A stretch of 64,000 bases of DNA, taken from Octopus vulgaris. Taxonomy: Eukaryota. The notes below the pieces were generated by a model. The model saw nothing but the letters and a program-made list of their open reading frames with translations. It was not told the DNA's origin and did no database searches. A program made the position numbers and the translations under genes. Of the stretch, positions 60,840 to 64,000 are shown piece after piece. The stretch spans positions 5,642,001-5,706,000 of the forward strand of contig OX597837.1 in the NCBI GenBank assembly GCA_951406725.2, written 5' to 3'. How positions within the stretch are numbered: position 1 is the first letter of the stretch; each line of letters starts with the position of its first letter.

Positions 60840-61147
60840 CCTACATACATACACACACGTATATATATACGTGTGTGTGTATGTATGTGTATATATTATT
60901 CATTGTTTTATAGTTTTATACTTGTACTGTTGATCATATTAACTTACATTTGCAGGTATAAAATCTATATAAAAGATGAAGACGAAAGTATATAACCACT
61001 AGCGCAATCTATTTCTTTTACCTCAGAGCTTTCTTTCTGAAGGAGTGGACAAATGTATTTGTTCAATTACAATTCGTTCTGATGGCTTTGTAATCGCGAT
61101 ACGTCACTGGTAGCGCGGGTTTGAGAGAGGTTGAGTGATATACTTTT

Positions 61148-61872
61148 CTACTCTAGGCACAAGGTCTGAAATATTTTGTGGGACCGGGCCAGTCGATTAG
61201 ATCGATCCTAGTACGCAACAGGTACTTAATTTATCGAACCCGAAAGTATAAAACGCAAAGTCGACCTCGGCGAAATTTGAACTCAGAACGCAAAGGCAGA
61301 CGAAACACCACTAGGCTTTTCGCCCGGCATACTAACGATTTTGCAAGCTCATCGCCTATTCTAGGCACAAGGCTCGAAATTTTGGGGGAGGGAGCCAGTC
61401 GATTAAATCGACCTCAGTACGCAACTGAGACTTGATTTATCTACCCCGAAACTATGAAAGTCAAAGTCGACCTCGGTGAAATTTGAACTCCGAACGTAAA
61501 GACAGACGAAACACCACTAGGTATTTCACCCGGCGTGCTAACGATTCTGCAAGCCCATCGCCCTTAAATATTCTTCTCTACTCTAGGCACAAGGCTCGAA
61601 ATTTTTTTTTTGTGGGGGGGGGGCAATCGATTAGATCGACCCCAGTAGACAACTGGTTACTTAATTTATCGACACCGAAAGGACAAAAGGCAATGTAGTG
61701 TCCGGCAAAATTTGAATTCAGAACGTAAAGACAGACGAAATACGGCTAAGCATTTCGCCCGGCGTACTAAGGATTCTGCAGGTTCATCGCCTTTAAAAAT
61801 TCTTCTCTACTCTAGGCACAAGGGCCGAAATTTTGAGGAAAGGGGCCAGTCGATTAGATCGACATCAGTACG
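61148..61872 (-). repeat. Head-to-tail tandem array of SINE B units (three full units of about 210-230 bp plus a partial)
   Basis: ctctaggcacaagg..cgaaattt recurs at about 61150, 61360, 61580 and 61810, each followed by a SINE B body. Confidence 0.85.
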
Positions 61873-61873
61873 C

Positions 61874-62170
61874 AGTGGATTTGGTAGACGGATACTGAAA
61901 GAAGCCTGTCGTATATCTGTATATATATATGTGTGCGTGTGTGTGTGTATATGTTTGCGTGTCTGTGTTTGTCCCCCCAACATCGCTTGACAACCGATGG
62001 TTGTGTGTTTACGTCCCCTTAACCTAGCAGTTCGGCAAAAGAAACCGATAGAATAATTACTAGGCTTAAAAAGAATAAGGCCTGGAGTCGATTTGCTCGA
62101 CTAAAGGCTATGCTCCTGCATGGCCGCAGTCAAATGACTGAAACAAGTAAAAGAGTATAAGAGTAAAAAA
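61874..62170 (+). mobile_element. SINE A lacking its head
   Basis: agtggatttggtagacgga...ccgcagtcaaatgactgaaacaagtaaaagag. Confidence 0.85.
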
Positions 62171-62559
62171 GAGTTGGATCAAACCCAAAGCCGTGGGTCT
62201 CTGGTTTGTTACTTTACGTCCCAACGCAGATCTGTGGCATTTGTCAGTTACACACCACTCCAGATCATAATGATATGAATTAAAATTTGAAATTTACTGT
62301 AGCAAGCTGCCAAGATTTCAACTGCTTCTTCGCTAATCTTCCAAAGCTTTATGATCTACTATATGACTGATGTTCTGACTACGGGCTGTATTTAAAGTAA
62401 TATTTTTTATCAGTAATAAAATATTTTGTTATCATGAAGACTAAACGTTTGGTTTTAAAACAAGATAACAACTGGAATGCAAGAAAGCTGATGATAAATT
62501 CTATTTTGGAGTTTGTAAATCGCATTGAAAGTGTGGATTGTAGAAAAGTTCTTGATTTT

Positions 62560-62731
62560 AAGGCTAGGCAGGAGGCCCAACTTTCGAGTTCTTTTACAGG
62601 GCTTAGAAAAACAGAAGGACTGGTGCAATAAGCGTGTGAATCTGAGAGGGGAATATATTGGATAAAATCCTAATTAACCTGTCGTTCTGTATTTTCTTTT
62701 ATTCAAACCCAGAAACTTTCCGCACTCCCTC
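62560..62731 (+). mobile_element. Mariner-derived MITE-like fragment
   Basis: Homologous to 6709-6905. Confidence 0.7.
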
Positions 62732-62737
62732 ATGTAT

Positions 62738-62779
<42 letters not shown>

Positions 62780-62780
<1 letters not shown>

Positions 62781-63100
62781 AAGGAGCACTCCGTCGGTTA
62801 CGACGACGAGGGTCCCAGCTGATACGATCAACAGAACAGCCTGCTCGTGAAATTAACGTGCAAGTGGCTGAGCACTCCACAGACACGTGTACCCTTAACG
62901 TAGTTCTCAGGGAGATTCAGCGTGACACAGTGTGACAAGGCCGGATCTTTGAAATACAGGTACAACTCATTTTTGCCAGCTGAGTGGACTGGAGCAACAT
63001 GAAATAAAGTGTCTTGCTCAAGGACACAACCCGTCGCTTGGAATCGAACTCACGACCTTACAATCGTGAGCCGAATGTCCTAACCACTAATCCACGCGCT
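62780..63100 (-). mobile_element. SINE family C-related copy sharing its middle module with 1790-1905
   Basis: ttaacgtgcaagtggctgagcactccacagacacgtgtacccttaacgtagttctc is identical to 1790-1847. Confidence 0.8.
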
Positions 63101-63155
63101 TTCTATATATATATATATACACACACACACACCTGCACACACACACGCACACACT

Positions 63156-63358
63156 AGTGGAGAATTGAAAAGTTCCTGGCTTTAAGAGTATTGCAAAAGG
63201 CCTGGTTTGAGACCCAACCTTCCAAGTTATTTTAAAACGCTTAGAATAAACGGGAAGACCACAGCAATAAGGGTGTTAATCTCAGGGCGGAATATGTTGA
63301 ATAAAATCATAACTATTTTATTTTACCCAATGCTGGGAACTTTCCACCACTACCTCAT
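63156..63358 (+). mobile_element. Mariner-derived MITE-like element with degenerate TIRs
   Basis: gaaaagttcctggc ... gctgggaactttcc termini; homologous to 6709-6905. Confidence 0.7.
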
Positions 63359-63586
63359 ATAGTGTTTCATCGTTCTGGGTATTTATCTAAGGTTGAGAAC
63401 TACATTTAAGGTACGCATGTCAGTGAAGTACTCAGTGAATTGTACGGTAATTTTACGAGCAGAATGTTCTGTTAATCGGGTAAATAAGAAACTTCGGCTT
63501 CGCAACCGACGGTGTGCCGTATTTTTGGATACTCAAATGGCCCCAGTTTCTCGAAGCTGGCTGGTTTCGAAACACTACCGACTACC

Positions 63587-63815
63587 TATTTCTTTATTAC
63601 CCACAAGGGGCTAAACACAGAGGGGACAAACAAGGACAGACATAGGTATTAAGTCGATTAGATCGACCCCAGTGCATAACTGGTACTTAATTTATCGACC
63701 CCGAAAGGATGAAAGGCAAAGTCGACCTCGGCGGAATTTGAACTCACAACGTAACGACAAACGAAATATCGCTAACCATTTCGCCCGGCGTGCTAACGTT
63801 TCTGCCAGCTCGCCG
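63587..63815 (-). mobile_element. SINE family B, full length with 10-bp TSD
   Basis: accgactacc at 63577-63586 and 63820-63829. Confidence 0.9.
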
Positions 63816-64000
63816 CAACACCGACTACCGCAACACCGACCGTCTGACATGCCTTTCTACCTTGCCACTAGCCTCGGTGACTATTCCTTTCTCCACAAAA
63901 TGTTGACCCTCTGGAATCTGCTCCCTACTCATTATATTTTTTTCCTGTTTAAAGTGATTCAGATCAACTTGATCTGAATGGTTTTAAACGGAAAAAAATC

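Noticed and set aside
61066-61079. 14-nt inverted match to 49421-49434 (GAACGAATTGTAAT)
   Set aside because: A match of this length is expected by chance in AT-rich sequence of this size and it does not extend.

Overview
AT-rich, repeat-saturated eukaryotic intronic or intergenic DNA. The SINE families and microsatellite content resemble an octopod cephalopod (Octopus-like) genome; this is an inference. I cannot support any intact host protein-coding gene, rRNA, true tRNA or CRISPR array. Nearly all ORFs in the track are translations of microsatellites or SINEs. Contents: (i) several tRNA-headed SINE families in many copies, some with clear target-site duplications (TSDs); (ii) decayed DNA transposons (mariner, Tc1, mariner MITEs, a Helitron PIF1 fragment); (iii) LINE 3' fragments (CR1/L2-like, RTE-like, Penelope GIY-YIG); (iv) at 35.0-43.9 kb, a stack of about 7 5'-truncated R4/Dong-like restriction-like-endonuclease (RLE) retrotransposon pieces separated by (TAA)n runs and ending in a perfect 4.6-kb (ATT)n array; (v) about 11 hammerhead-ribozyme-like motifs from about 5 short element families. 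One of these families joins a tRNA-like Pol III head, an (AAT)n spacer and a minimal type I hammerhead. The most interesting items are the hammerhead-carrying SINE-like elements, the TAA-targeted retroelement stack, and a SINE/LINE pair whose shared 3' stem-loop shows compensatory changes.
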